Part shown: piece by piece, positions 7,857-16,198 of the stretch
Position numbering within the stretch: the first letter of the stretch is position 1
Layout: every line of letters begins with the position of its first letter
IMG/VR virus record: IMGVR_UViG_3300042934_000573
Location: 1 to 44,780 of that record
Reading direction: 5' to 3' (one strand)
DNA from: a virus
Lineage: Duplodnaviria > Caudoviricetes
Length of the DNA: 44,780 bases
Notes under the pieces: generated by a model
Seen by the model: the letters and a program-made list of their open reading frames with translations, nothing else
Database searches by the model: none
Told to the model about the DNA's origin: nothing
Made by a program: the position numbers and the translations under genes

Positions 7857-8351
7857 GTGACGCTACAGGATTGGGTAACACAGCATGGCGGCCAGCGCGC
7901 ATGTGCAGCGAAATTTAAGTTTTCGGTCTCCTCTCTGGGGGCATGGTGCCGTTCTGCGCGTTACCCGACGCCCGCAAGCCAGCAACGTCTGATCGAGTGC
8001 TCCGATAATCAGATTGATTTTCAGGATTTGTTACAGACGTTTGTGGCGAAAAAGAACGAGGGAACACAGGAAAAATCACCTGTTGTCCGCCGTTTAACGG
8101 GGTCAGTTTTTGTCCGTGATATTTCCCGCCTCAAGCGCCTTTTTATCGAGCTCGATTTACCGCCTGAGCGCTGCAATCTCCTCGGGGAAAAAATTACCGC
8201 GCGCTGGGCCCACACTCATGTAACGGTGCGGGAGGTTCGTTCCGCCGTGGAAAAGCTGGCCAGTGAGGGGAAAGACTCCGGGGATCTCCAGCTGATACAC
8301 AGGACGATTGCTGAAGCCCGCAATACCGCACTGGGGAGCCTTACGCAATGA
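7857..8351 (+). CDS. Cro-like HTH protein with C-terminal extension
   Basis: TLQDWVTQHGGQRACAAKFKFSVSSLGAW..SARYP Cro-type HTH, divergent from the repressor. Confidence 0.7.
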   Translation: MTLQDWVTQHGGQRACAAKFKFSVSSLGAWCRSARYPTPASQQRLIECSDNQIDFQDLLQTFVAKKNEGTQEKSPVVRRLTGSVFVRDISRLKRLFIELDLPPERCNLLGEKITARWAHTHVTVREVRSAVEKLASEGKDSGDLQLIHRTIAEARNTALGSLTQ

Positions 8352-8788
8352 TGATTCTCGTTCTGCTGGGGACCTCCCGCGTACAACAACAAACGATCGT
8401 CGAAACGCTGGCCAGAGAGTTATCAGGGTACTCAGTCCGTCATGTTGATAACGGTTCTGATATCTGTGACGCCAACAAAAAACACCGCAACTTAAGCGAC
8501 GCCCTTTTGGGTAGAAATTATGGTGACACTGTAACGGTGATAACTGGCGTTGATTCCGTCACTGAATACAACTATCTGGCGCGCTACCGTGCTGTTTTTT
8601 GCCTCTTACCGGGCATCCTCCCGAGAATATTTGGCAGCGGCGAAATCCCGATCACCGATGATTTTCTTTACGTTTCTCTGGCCCCGGCAAAGATGGCCAC
8701 GCTTGAAAAACGCCGCGTCTATATGTCTCCACTGGAAGCTTTTTCTGAGTGCTACCAGCGGCAGCGGGGAGGGCGTGAACGTGGCTGA
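8348..8788 (+). CDS. Hypothetical protein
   Basis: ATGA-coupled to the upstream gene. Confidence 0.65.
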   Translation: MMILVLLGTSRVQQQTIVETLARELSGYSVRHVDNGSDICDANKKHRNLSDALLGRNYGDTVTVITGVDSVTEYNYLARYRAVFCLLPGILPRIFGSGEIPITDDFLYVSLAPAKMATLEKRRVYMSPLEAFSECYQRQRGGRERG

Positions 8789-9017
8789 TCCATTTGTCCT
8801 GGGGGCGGTTCGTTTTTGCCAGAACCCTAAATTTTTCCAGTTTCTTGCAAGTAAACAGTGTGGCCCTGTGACGGACAAAGATTCCGCCGCTGATGCCTTG
8901 CGCCGGTTATGTGGGATTACCTCCCGCGCCGAGCTAGCGACGAACGCGCGCGCGCGTGACGCGTACAGGGCGCTTATTGGTGAGTTTAACCAGTTCATGA
9001 AAGAGGGCCGCGCATGA
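8781..9017 (+). CDS. Hypothetical phage protein
   Basis: CQNPKFFQFL...LRRLCGITSRAELATN; overlaps flanking genes. Confidence 0.65.
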   Translation: MADPFVLGAVRFCQNPKFFQFLASKQCGPVTDKDSAADALRRLCGITSRAELATNARARDAYRALIGEFNQFMKEGRA

Positions 9018-9412
9018 ACGGCCGCCGCCCCACCAAAAAGGAAAGGCTTTATATCGAGGCCTGTATTCAGCATGTGGGCTGTATTCCCTGCATCCTCGAT
9101 GGCCGCGAAATAGAGAACCCGGCCGCCTGGACTGAGTTTCACCATGATCCCGACTACGGAAGCACTGAGCCATGTTGTCATTTTCATGGCTATGGGATTT
9201 GCAGCACTCATCACCGGGGCGTTACCCCTGATGGGCGCTCAGTTGAGATAGCCGTTCGTCATCCTGTCGCCAGTAATGGCCCTCGTTTTGCCGCTGTTTA
9301 CGGGCCTGATGAGTTGTTGTGTGCGATGGCATGGGAGCGAATCCCGGACTCAGTAAAAGACGTTATTGGTTTTGATCTCAGTACCGGAGAAATCCCGGCA
9401 AATTTTAAGTAA
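9014..9412 (+). CDS. Ref-family recombination-enhancement (HNH-like) nuclease
   Basis: MNGRRPTKKE...GCIPC...EFHH...LC/ICSTHH...F...YG..E.L pattern of P1 Ref. Confidence 0.75.
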   Translation: MNGRRPTKKERLYIEACIQHVGCIPCILDGREIENPAAWTEFHHDPDYGSTEPCCHFHGYGICSTHHRGVTPDGRSVEIAVRHPVASNGPRFAAVYGPDELLCAMAWERIPDSVKDVIGFDLSTGEIPANFK

Positions 9413-9420
9413 GGCCAGAC

Positions 9421-9810
9421 ATGCGCCAGATGAGAGGGATGACCCTGGAGCGCCGGTTAGAGCTCTGGGCGCGCTGGATTGTTACCGGGTGCAACTCCTC
9501 CCGTGGTGGCTTTGCCTCGATGCTGGAAATGATGATGGTGACGCGCTGTCAGTTTTCCGGTGGCGGTGGTGAACCCCGAGACGAGATAGAGACGGCGGTT
9601 GAGGCGGCTGTCATGTCGCTGACAGCCGTGGATGAATCAGCCGCGCTAGTTTTACGGGTTGAGTACGGAGCGTGGGCCCCAAAGAGCCTCGACGGTGCTA
9701 CGACACAACTGGATAAGGCCCACGCTCTCGGACTCTCCTTACGGACCTATAAACGGAAGCTGGCCAAAGCACGAAAGCACGTGGCCGACTATCTGGGGAT
9801 AGGTGATTAA
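9421..9810 (+). CDS. Q-like late antiterminator
   Basis: LERRLELWARW...VEAAV..L...LRVEY...AHALGLSLRTYKRKL C-terminal HTH. Confidence 0.7.
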   Translation: MRQMRGMTLERRLELWARWIVTGCNSSRGGFASMLEMMMVTRCQFSGGGGEPRDEIETAVEAAVMSLTAVDESAALVLRVEYGAWAPKSLDGATTQLDKAHALGLSLRTYKRKLAKARKHVADYLGIGD

Positions 9811-9869
9811 CAGAAAGATATCAATATATATTGATATAAATATATCAAACAATAGTTGAGACCTCGACA

Positions 9870-10271
9870 ATGGATAACAACGAATTGTATTACCTCCAGG
9901 ACTCCCGTAATTACTCGGGAAATGACCTGTTATGGTGGGGTAAAAACGGTGCGGGCTATGTGACCGATCTCCGAAAAGCCCAGACCTTTACCCGGCTTGA
10001 AGCGTTGCAGCAAAACACCGCGCGGGAGACCGATATTCCGTGGCCGAAAAACTACGCTGACGCCCATATCAAATACGCTGTAGACAGCCAGGACGTTAGC
10101 CTGAGCACGGCGCTGGAGGGGAAAAACATCACTCTCCGCAAGCCCACCAAAGAGCGCAACATTTCCCCGCGTTACCAGTGCCCGGACTGCGGCCGTTTCA
10201 TTACTGAGGCTGAGTATTACGCCGGACCTTACAACGGTGGGACCTGTACTCGATGCGAGGGGGACCGCTAA
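9870..10271 (+). CDS. Hypothetical phage protein with C-terminal Zn ribbon
   Basis: YYLQDSR..GNDLLWW...CPDCGRF...CTRC. Confidence 0.7.
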   Translation: MDNNELYYLQDSRNYSGNDLLWWGKNGAGYVTDLRKAQTFTRLEALQQNTARETDIPWPKNYADAHIKYAVDSQDVSLSTALEGKNITLRKPTKERNISPRYQCPDCGRFITEAEYYAGPYNGGTCTRCEGDR

Positions 10272-10441
10272 TGAGAGTCCGCGCTGCATACAGAGAGAAA
10301 CGCCGCCAGATGCTTTACACCCATCGCCAGTTGCCTGATGAACTCAGAAACAATCTTAAGGCACTCATTAAGCTGGATTCCGGCATTTATTACGGTCACA
10401 CGGGTAAGAACGCCCGTCCGGTTGAGGTGATGCCAAATTGA
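10271..10441 (+). CDS. Small hypothetical protein
   Basis: Coupled to neighbours in the operon. Confidence 0.5.
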   Translation: MRVRAAYREKRRQMLYTHRQLPDELRNNLKALIKLDSGIYYGHTGKNARPVEVMPN

Positions 10442-10680
10442 AAAATTCTCTGGCCGATCTCAATAACCATTTGTTTGCTCAAATGGAGCGCCTCAGTGAT
10501 GAATCATTGAAGGGTGAACAACTCCAGGAAGAGATAAACAGGGCTAAAGCCGTTACCGGCATATCAACGCAAATTATCAGCAATGCGCGTCTTGTGCTCG
10601 ATGCCGAAGAGTACCGGCGCGGCTTGAAACCGGAAGATACGCCGGAAGTTCTGCGCGTAGGTAAATCCAATGGCGCATAA
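10438..10680 (+). CDS. Conserved phage protein preceding an HNH gene
   Basis: KNSLADLNNHLFAQMERLSDE...EEINRAKAV motif. Confidence 0.75.
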   Translation: MKNSLADLNNHLFAQMERLSDESLKGEQLQEEINRAKAVTGISTQIISNARLVLDAEEYRRGLKPEDTPEVLRVGKSNGA

Positions 10681-11257
10681 ATACAGTCCTGTCGAGCTCA
10701 ATTGGGTTAAGTGGCACGCCACGCTGGAACGGCAGGAGCTGGCCGATCGTTTTAATGAGCGCTTTGGTACGAATCAAACGGCCATGCAGCTGGTATCACT
10801 GCGAAAGCGTAAAGGCTGGTTAACTGGCCGTGATGGCCGCTTTAAAAAGGGCCAGGCAAAGGTTCCCGGCTCAGGTGCAAAAGTACCAAACGCCACCTCA
10901 TTTAAAAAAGGTAATCGACCGGCCAACCATGTCCCGATAGGGACGGAGATTACTGACGGTGACGGTTATAGGCGGGTGAAAGTTGGGGAGCCTAACATCT
11001 GGGAGTTTGTTCACCTGCTCACCTGGGAAAAACATCACGGGCCAATCCCTCCCGGGGCGGTCATTCGTTTTCTCGATGGCGACAAGCAAAACACCGATAT
11101 CAGCAATCTCACGAAGATCAGCAAGGCGGAGCATATGCACCTTAACCGTAGGGGCTACAGTTCAGCTCCAGCGGCTATCAAACCCGCCTTGCTCAATCTC
11201 TCAAAGTTAGAGGTGAAAATCTTTGAGATTCAGCGGAATAGAGAGGACAAGTCATGA
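10670..11257 (+). CDS. HNH endonuclease
   Basis: HLLTWEKHHGPIPPGAVIRFLDGDKQNTDISNL..ISKAEH...N. Confidence 0.85.
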   Translation: MAHKYSPVELNWVKWHATLERQELADRFNERFGTNQTAMQLVSLRKRKGWLTGRDGRFKKGQAKVPGSGAKVPNATSFKKGNRPANHVPIGTEITDGDGYRRVKVGEPNIWEFVHLLTWEKHHGPIPPGAVIRFLDGDKQNTDISNLTKISKAEHMHLNRRGYSSAPAAIKPALLNLSKLEVKIFEIQRNREDKS

Positions 11258-11385
11258 CGTTTGCCGTGTGGGCTTTTGTGGCCGTCGTCGCTTTTATCGT
11301 GTGGCTGGTTTATGGGGTGATAACGCTGGTGGTCGGTGGCTTTCTCTGGCCGTTCGATAGTAATGATGAGGAAATTAATGATTAG
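11254..11385 (+). CDS. Small membrane protein (43 aa, not in ORF track)
   Basis: MTFAVWAFVAVVAFIVWLVYGVITLVVGGFLWPF...; ATGA overlap with the HNH gene, GAGGA SD. Confidence 0.55.
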   Translation: MTFAVWAFVAVVAFIVWLVYGVITLVVGGFLWPFDSNDEEIND

Positions 11386-11527
11386 TTTTCTCTTTAACGC
11401 GTTTTTTATTGTGTTGGTTTTGGGTGTTGTTGCTGTTGTTTTAATCGGCGGAAACAGTACAGAACCTACGTCTATTAGCGCCGAAAGAATGCGGCATAAG
11501 CGCAAACGGAGCCAGAAAAATGATTAA
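11378..11527 (+). CDS. Small membrane protein
   Basis: Single hydrophobic helix plus basic tail; overlaps neighbours. Confidence 0.5.
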   Translation: MISFLFNAFFIVLVLGVVAVVLIGGNSTEPTSISAERMRHKRKRSQKND

Positions 11528-12383
11528 TGAAAGACTAACAATTGAGCGTTTGTCCGAAATTCTTAAAAACATGCAGGGCTATGCGGCGCGCGATCGCCTA
11601 CTTAGTGAGTTCGTTGATGGCTGCGCTGTTGCTGAGCGAGTTGATCCTACATTTATTGATTGCGTTACCGCTCTGACCGAGCTTCTGGAATGCCGTAGTG
11701 CTAACCCTGTATTAATGCCGGTCCAATCACAAGCATTGCGCGACGTAACCGCCGAACGCCAGCGCCAACAATCAACTAAAGGGTATTCAACCCAGCAAGA
11801 CGATACTTACATAGGTGGTGAGCTGGCCGCTGCGGCAATCAGCTACATAGAGCCAATGGAGGCTGAAAGCTATTGGCCCGCGGATTGGCATGATGACAGC
11901 TTTAAGCCGTCAGACTACCGCCGTAACCTGGTTAAAGCCGGTGCGTTAATTCTGGCTGAGATTGAACGTATTGACCGCCAGGAGCAAGCCCCCATGAGCA
12001 ATAAGCTAACCCCGGACCAATCATCAAACGCGTTAGAGTTTGATCTCTTTCAGGGGGACTTTGGCTCCCCTGACGACTGTGAGTTAACCAATAAGATCGT
12101 TATTAGCCGTGGTGACTATACCTGTCACATTTGCGCCGGTCCGATCATCAAAGGCGAGGAGCACCGGTCAGCCCGCTATAAATTTGACGGTGAAATCATG
12201 GGTTATCGCTGCTGTAACACCTGCTGTATAGCGATGGCTAGTAGCGTCAGCTGTGACTACATCGGGGATGAAGATGACGGCGACTCAGACGACGTTGACC
12301 CGATTGACGCGCGTTATTCATTAGGTGACAAGCGCCGGAGCCACAGAGAGGGTGACTGTGAGAACGTCGCTGGATCGCATTAA
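11520..12383 (+). CDS. Mosaic accessory (Ea/Ead-like) phage protein
   Basis: LTIERLSEI N-terminus; AERQRQ...GELAAAA...RRNLVKAGALILAEIERIDR module; C-terminal Cys-rich module. Confidence 0.7.
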   Translation: MINERLTIERLSEILKNMQGYAARDRLLSEFVDGCAVAERVDPTFIDCVTALTELLECRSANPVLMPVQSQALRDVTAERQRQQSTKGYSTQQDDTYIGGELAAAAISYIEPMEAESYWPADWHDDSFKPSDYRRNLVKAGALILAEIERIDRQEQAPMSNKLTPDQSSNALEFDLFQGDFGSPDDCELTNKIVISRGDYTCHICAGPIIKGEEHRSARYKFDGEIMGYRCCNTCCIAMASSVSCDYIGDEDDGDSDDVDPIDARYSLGDKRRSHREGDCENVAGSH

Positions 12384-12564
12384 TAACCAGCCCGGACACC
12401 ATTACCAACGTGACGGCTCAATATACGTGTGCGCGAAATGCGGCACGGCAGAACATCAGAACGGTAATTACTGGTGGGCTGGGCGTTATTCAAAGTTTGA
12501 GCCGCCATGCGCCAATAACAGCGCTGGTCAGCATGATTGGCATAGTGCAGCAAATGAGAGCTAA
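12325..12564 (+). CDS. Hypothetical protein
   Basis: ORF with CAKC in the operon; start uncertain. Confidence 0.5.
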   Translation: MTSAGATERVTVRTSLDRINNQPGHHYQRDGSIYVCAKCGTAEHQNGNYWWAGRYSKFEPPCANNSAGQHDWHSAANES

Positions 12565-12567
12565 CCC

Positions 12568-12846
12568 ATGAGTAAAGATACCAATTCCCCTCGATTGCAG
12601 CTGGGTTACTCCCCGCTGACCAAAACCATACAGCTGGCCAAAATGCGCGACACCGGCCCCGGCCAGCGCTTGCGCGTGGGTAATGATCCCGGCCGCGATG
12701 TTACCAACGAAGCGGCCCAACTGGTTTGGCAGCTGGTCATTGATGAAGGTGGTGAAATAGGCTGGGAGCTGGATGACGGAACCCGGATGATTTTAAAGGC
12801 TGAGAAAGTAGCGTCAGCCGTTGCTAATGCTGGTGGTGAATCATGA
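12568..12846 (+). CDS. Hypothetical phage protein
   Basis: LGYSPLTKTI...RDVTNEA motif; operon context. Confidence 0.65.
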   Translation: MSKDTNSPRLQLGYSPLTKTIQLAKMRDTGPGQRLRVGNDPGRDVTNEAAQLVWQLVIDEGGEIGWELDDGTRMILKAEKVASAVANAGGES

Positions 12847-13199
12847 GCAAGTCACTTTATGCACGTTGTATCCGTCGCTGGACTGTTGAATTTAAAAGCC
12901 GCTGCGACTCGAAGCACAGCCCATACTGGCGCAAGCGTGACCTGCGCGGGTATATCCGGGAGTGCGCCCTAACTACAGCCGAAAGCATGGTTGACCGTTT
13001 GGCATACAACAATGCGATGCAAGATTTTTTTTCCGAGAATGGCGACGACAGTGGTTGGGCCCCTGAGTTTGTGGATTGGTACGACAGCAGAAGACGCACA
13101 AAATACCTCAAAGAGGCGCGGGACTATCTGAATGAAGACGCCACCAATGACGAAATCGACGAAGAGATAGAGAACGAGCTGGAGGCCTGGAATGACTGA
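12843..13199 (+). CDS. Hypothetical phage protein
   Basis: ATGA-coupled ORF. Confidence 0.65.
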   Translation: MSKSLYARCIRRWTVEFKSRCDSKHSPYWRKRDLRGYIRECALTTAESMVDRLAYNNAMQDFFSENGDDSGWAPEFVDWYDSRRRTKYLKEARDYLNEDATNDEIDEEIENELEAWND

Positions 13200-13506
13200 T
13201 ATACAGGCGCTGCGCGATGAGTTATCTAACCCGGCAATCGGTAGCAACGACCATCTACGAAAATTAGCGCTGTCGCTGCTGGATGAATTGGAGGGCGTAA
13301 AAAGTACCTTATTTGCAGCTCAGCAACGTATATTTGAACTGGAAGCCAGAACCCTCAGTGTTAAGTTGCCGGACCCGAGCAGTAAAGCATTCTGGGGCGG
13401 TTCTGGTAAGAATGAGACTTTCTATCCCTCCACGTACAAAATCTGGGTTAAAGAGTCCATAGAGCGCGCCGGTGCTATCGCTCAGGTTGTCGTTAAAGTG
13501 GTTTAG
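13192..13506 (+). CDS. Ead/Ea22-like accessory protein
   Basis: TDIQALR...LSLLDELE...RIFELEARTLSVKLP. Confidence 0.65.
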   Translation: MTDIQALRDELSNPAIGSNDHLRKLALSLLDELEGVKSTLFAAQQRIFELEARTLSVKLPDPSSKAFWGGSGKNETFYPSTYKIWVKESIERAGAIAQVVVKVV

Positions 13507-13508
13507 CT

Positions 13509-13949
13509 ATGCGTATAAATTGCAGCATAACCCTCACCGAACGCGCCCAGCTGAGTTACATGATCGACGCGGTAAACGCCCAGCGCGCCGCGTTGAGTTT
13601 GCCACCGGTGAACCAGGCTGACGTAATCCAGGAAATCATTCACCGCGTATCGGAAATGAGCTCTGTTAACCTGTGCAACGTGTTTATATCGAGAGCCCAA
13701 AAAGGAGACCAGATGACGGACTATCACGCCCGTATGACTGAGCAGGTGAGGGAATTGTTCCCTGAATTGCATGATCGGCAGGTAACTAACATGGCCAACA
13801 GTATTGGGAGTGAGTTACGCAAACGCCACAACGATCAATACCGCGTTGAGTTGAGCCGCCAACCATATGAGCCTGACAGCGGTTGTCATGGTGAGTTTAT
13901 GATTGTGGCGTGTGGCCATATGGTTTACGTGCGAATCCTCATGGACTAA
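13509..13949 (+). CDS. Hypothetical protein
   Basis: Operon context. Confidence 0.5.
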   Translation: MRINCSITLTERAQLSYMIDAVNAQRAALSLPPVNQADVIQEIIHRVSEMSSVNLCNVFISRAQKGDQMTDYHARMTEQVRELFPELHDRQVTNMANSIGSELRKRHNDQYRVELSRQPYEPDSGCHGEFMIVACGHMVYVRILMD

Positions 13950-13954
13950 CCCTC

Positions 13955-14302
13955 ATGAGGACCACAGACGCCGAACGTAAGCGCGCCCAGCGCGAACGGG
14001 ACAAGGAACGCGGATTAACTGAGCTGAGAATTAAGCTGGAGCCGGAAGAGTTGGCCATGTTGCAGAATAGCGCCACTGGCCGCCGTCTGTTTCGGTCTCC
14101 TTACGATCTCAGTGAGTACATATCCCTGTTAATCCGGGAGGACCACGCCCGGTTAAAGCGCCAGCTGGCACGAATTAAGACCCAGCATTGTCAGAAGTGC
14201 GGAGCCACAGCGCCGGGGGACCTTTCCGGGTGTATCTGCGCCGGTGATTCTCAATGCTGGCAGACTACCGGCCGCAATAAATTACTCCTCAAAACCAAAT
14301 AG
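13955..14302 (+). CDS. Putative DNA-binding phage protein with C-terminal Cys cluster
   Basis: AERKRAQRER...YDLSEYISLLIRED...CQKCG...C..C. Confidence 0.7.
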   Translation: MRTTDAERKRAQRERDKERGLTELRIKLEPEELAMLQNSATGRRLFRSPYDLSEYISLLIREDHARLKRQLARIKTQHCQKCGATAPGDLSGCICAGDSQCWQTTGRNKLLLKTK

Positions 14303-14364
14303 CTGTGACGCGTCACAGGTGTTTATCTGTCATGGATAACCGCGCCCTGTTTTTTGATATCGCG

Positions 14365-14442
14365 CACGAATTGTAGTTTTTGACTCATTTTTAAAATAAA
14401 AAACTACAATTCGTGTTGTGTAACGTGGCCCTTTGGTATAGT
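14365..14442 (+). promoter_or_regulatory. Putative late (pR'-like) promoter with a 17-bp inverted repeat
   Basis: CACGAATTGTAGTTTTT-N17-AAAAACTACAATTCGTG; extended -10 TGG-TATAGT at 14434-14442. Confidence 0.6.
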
Positions 14443-14448
14443 CTTTTT

Positions 14449-16176
14449 CATAACGTGGCGTTGGTGCGTTGAGCAAAGCGCACATGAACATTGATAGCCG
14501 TCCTCGGGGGCGAGGTTTGTTAGGTTCATGTGGTTAATCAGTGTTCAGGTGGGTTTGCTCCAGGACTGTTGTTGCGCCGATGTAGTAGTGAATGACCGCA
14601 GGGAAAGACCGCCAGACGTTCAACTGTAAAAACGGTGAGATGCCAGCACTCTCGACGGCAGTGACAGCCGGAAGTAGACGGCCGCTGGGCGACTTGAGCG
14701 TAATCGAGTAGGGGAAGCGTCACCCGCAGTTTAGGCGCTGACAGCCGGAAAGACGGCGCACAACAGGTAAGAGTATGGCGCGAACTGAGCCCGGTATTTA
14801 CCAGATTCCTTAGTTCCTCAGGCCAAAGGTCTGGTAAGTATCTTGTTATACGCCGTGCTCTTTCCGTTGTGGTGACTAAAGCCCGGTGATCCTGTTTTCA
14901 GAGTTCAGGATCATGCAGGGGGAACCGTCAGAATGGGGACGGGAGGGAAACGCCATTACAGCCGCATGAAAGGGCGGCCGCCACAATTTAACACAAGCCC
15001 GAGGGAGTGCGACGAGTAGTAACCGGATTCGGTGAACGCCTATATACACTCGCCCGGTAAGTGTGCCGAGGACGGAAGGCATATGCCGTGACAGCTGGGA
15101 GAGACCAGCATCACAATCTGTGAGTTGCTTCCTCGCCGTTGCTGATAGCAGTGCTCACGCCGGATAGAGTAACCGGCACACAACGATAAGAGCGCTCCGC
15201 GTTGGGATGCGATACCCAGCGGTATCAGGAAGCTTAGAAAGGCAACTCAAATCCGAGGTTATTCATAGTATGTGTGTTTGCATCTGTGGAGGCCCTTCCC
15301 AATATCGGGACCTGTTGCCATTGAGCGCTCTTTTCGTTGCGTGCTGTGGACTCCGCGAAATGGCGCGGCGGTAAGTATGGCTGGTGGGAGTCTGACACCA
15401 TGAAAGGACACCGGATCACCAGGTTGACCATACGCCTGAGTGGTGATCCCGAACAGCGCAACGGCAAGAGCACTACACCGGATATATGGCCAGCACCTGT
15501 GTAACCTCCCCTGGCGGCGTGGTAGTTAGGTCGCAAAGGCAGCGTTACGGGCAACGCGGCGTAAGGTGGTCAAAGGTAGTGTTCTTACCGTTGTGATGTG
15601 TACAAGCGTACTGCACCGCAGGCGGGAGGAAGAACGGGAATCGGCTGGGCGGCATTATACCGCCAATACAATAAACCGAGCGGCCGTAAGTAAGCAGGGG
15701 TAGCGCCCTGGTGTCACAGCACTATAACCAGTTTTGAAAGGCTCTTGCAGTGGTGGTTTTGATATGAGCAATGGGGGCGTAACACCACATAAGCCCCTCT
15801 GTCACGGCAGTAGGAGCGGTGAGGAAACCGACCGCGATAGGCCCCGTGAGGTACGAAAACCCGACTGATCCCCGTTACAGGATCACATAACCGCATGAGT
15901 CCTGAATTTCATTTCAATTATCAGTTATGGAACTCAGTAGAGGTCAGGGCTCAGCCGGTTATGTCGATTTGAAACGATGGCGCGGTTTATATCCATTTCC
16001 CGCGAGTTTTCCCAGGTGATTCCATCTTAAGCCGGGCCGTCCGATGCGCGTAAACGGGGTAAGCCTAATCCCTCGATAGACACGGATAAAATAGAGCCGG
16101 GGCCACTCGCGTTAAGTGGCAGCCTTAATCCCTCCTTACTCAAAGCCCACTGGTTAACGCTGGTGGGCTTTTTATT
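14449..16176 (+). ncRNA. Structured non-coding RNA array (putative RNase III-processed sRNA cassette)
   Basis: No + strand ORF of 60 aa or more for ~1.7 kb; multiple long stems, three with a shared CAAC..AAGAG/TCTT..GTTG consensus; four TGAC.GC..GA(A/G)AGAC-type hairpins; ends in a terminator. Confidence 0.7.
16143..16176 (+). terminator. Intrinsic terminator
   Basis: AAAGCCCAC...GTGGGCTTTTTATTT. Confidence 0.8.
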
Positions 16177-16198
16177 TGGTCGTCAGACAGGAACAGCA

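Noticed and set aside
14327-14342. LexA box CTGTCATGGATAACCG
   Set aside because: Mismatch in the invariant CAG half-site and not overlapping the predicted promoter
15845-15885. Hammerhead ribozyme (CGAAA ... CTGA)
   Set aside because: Core reads CTGATCC rather than CTGANGA, and the stems do not fit
14538-15896. Short minus-strand ORFs (14538-14723, 14876-15082, 15234-15554, 15714-15896)
   Set aside because: No recognisable motifs, antisense to a promoter-terminator unit, and overlapping strongly structured repeats
14449-16176. True CRISPR array or tRNA cluster
   Set aside because: No identical repeats at regular spacing, no cas genes, and no cloverleaf with a T-arm GTTCRA plus acceptor stem found by eye
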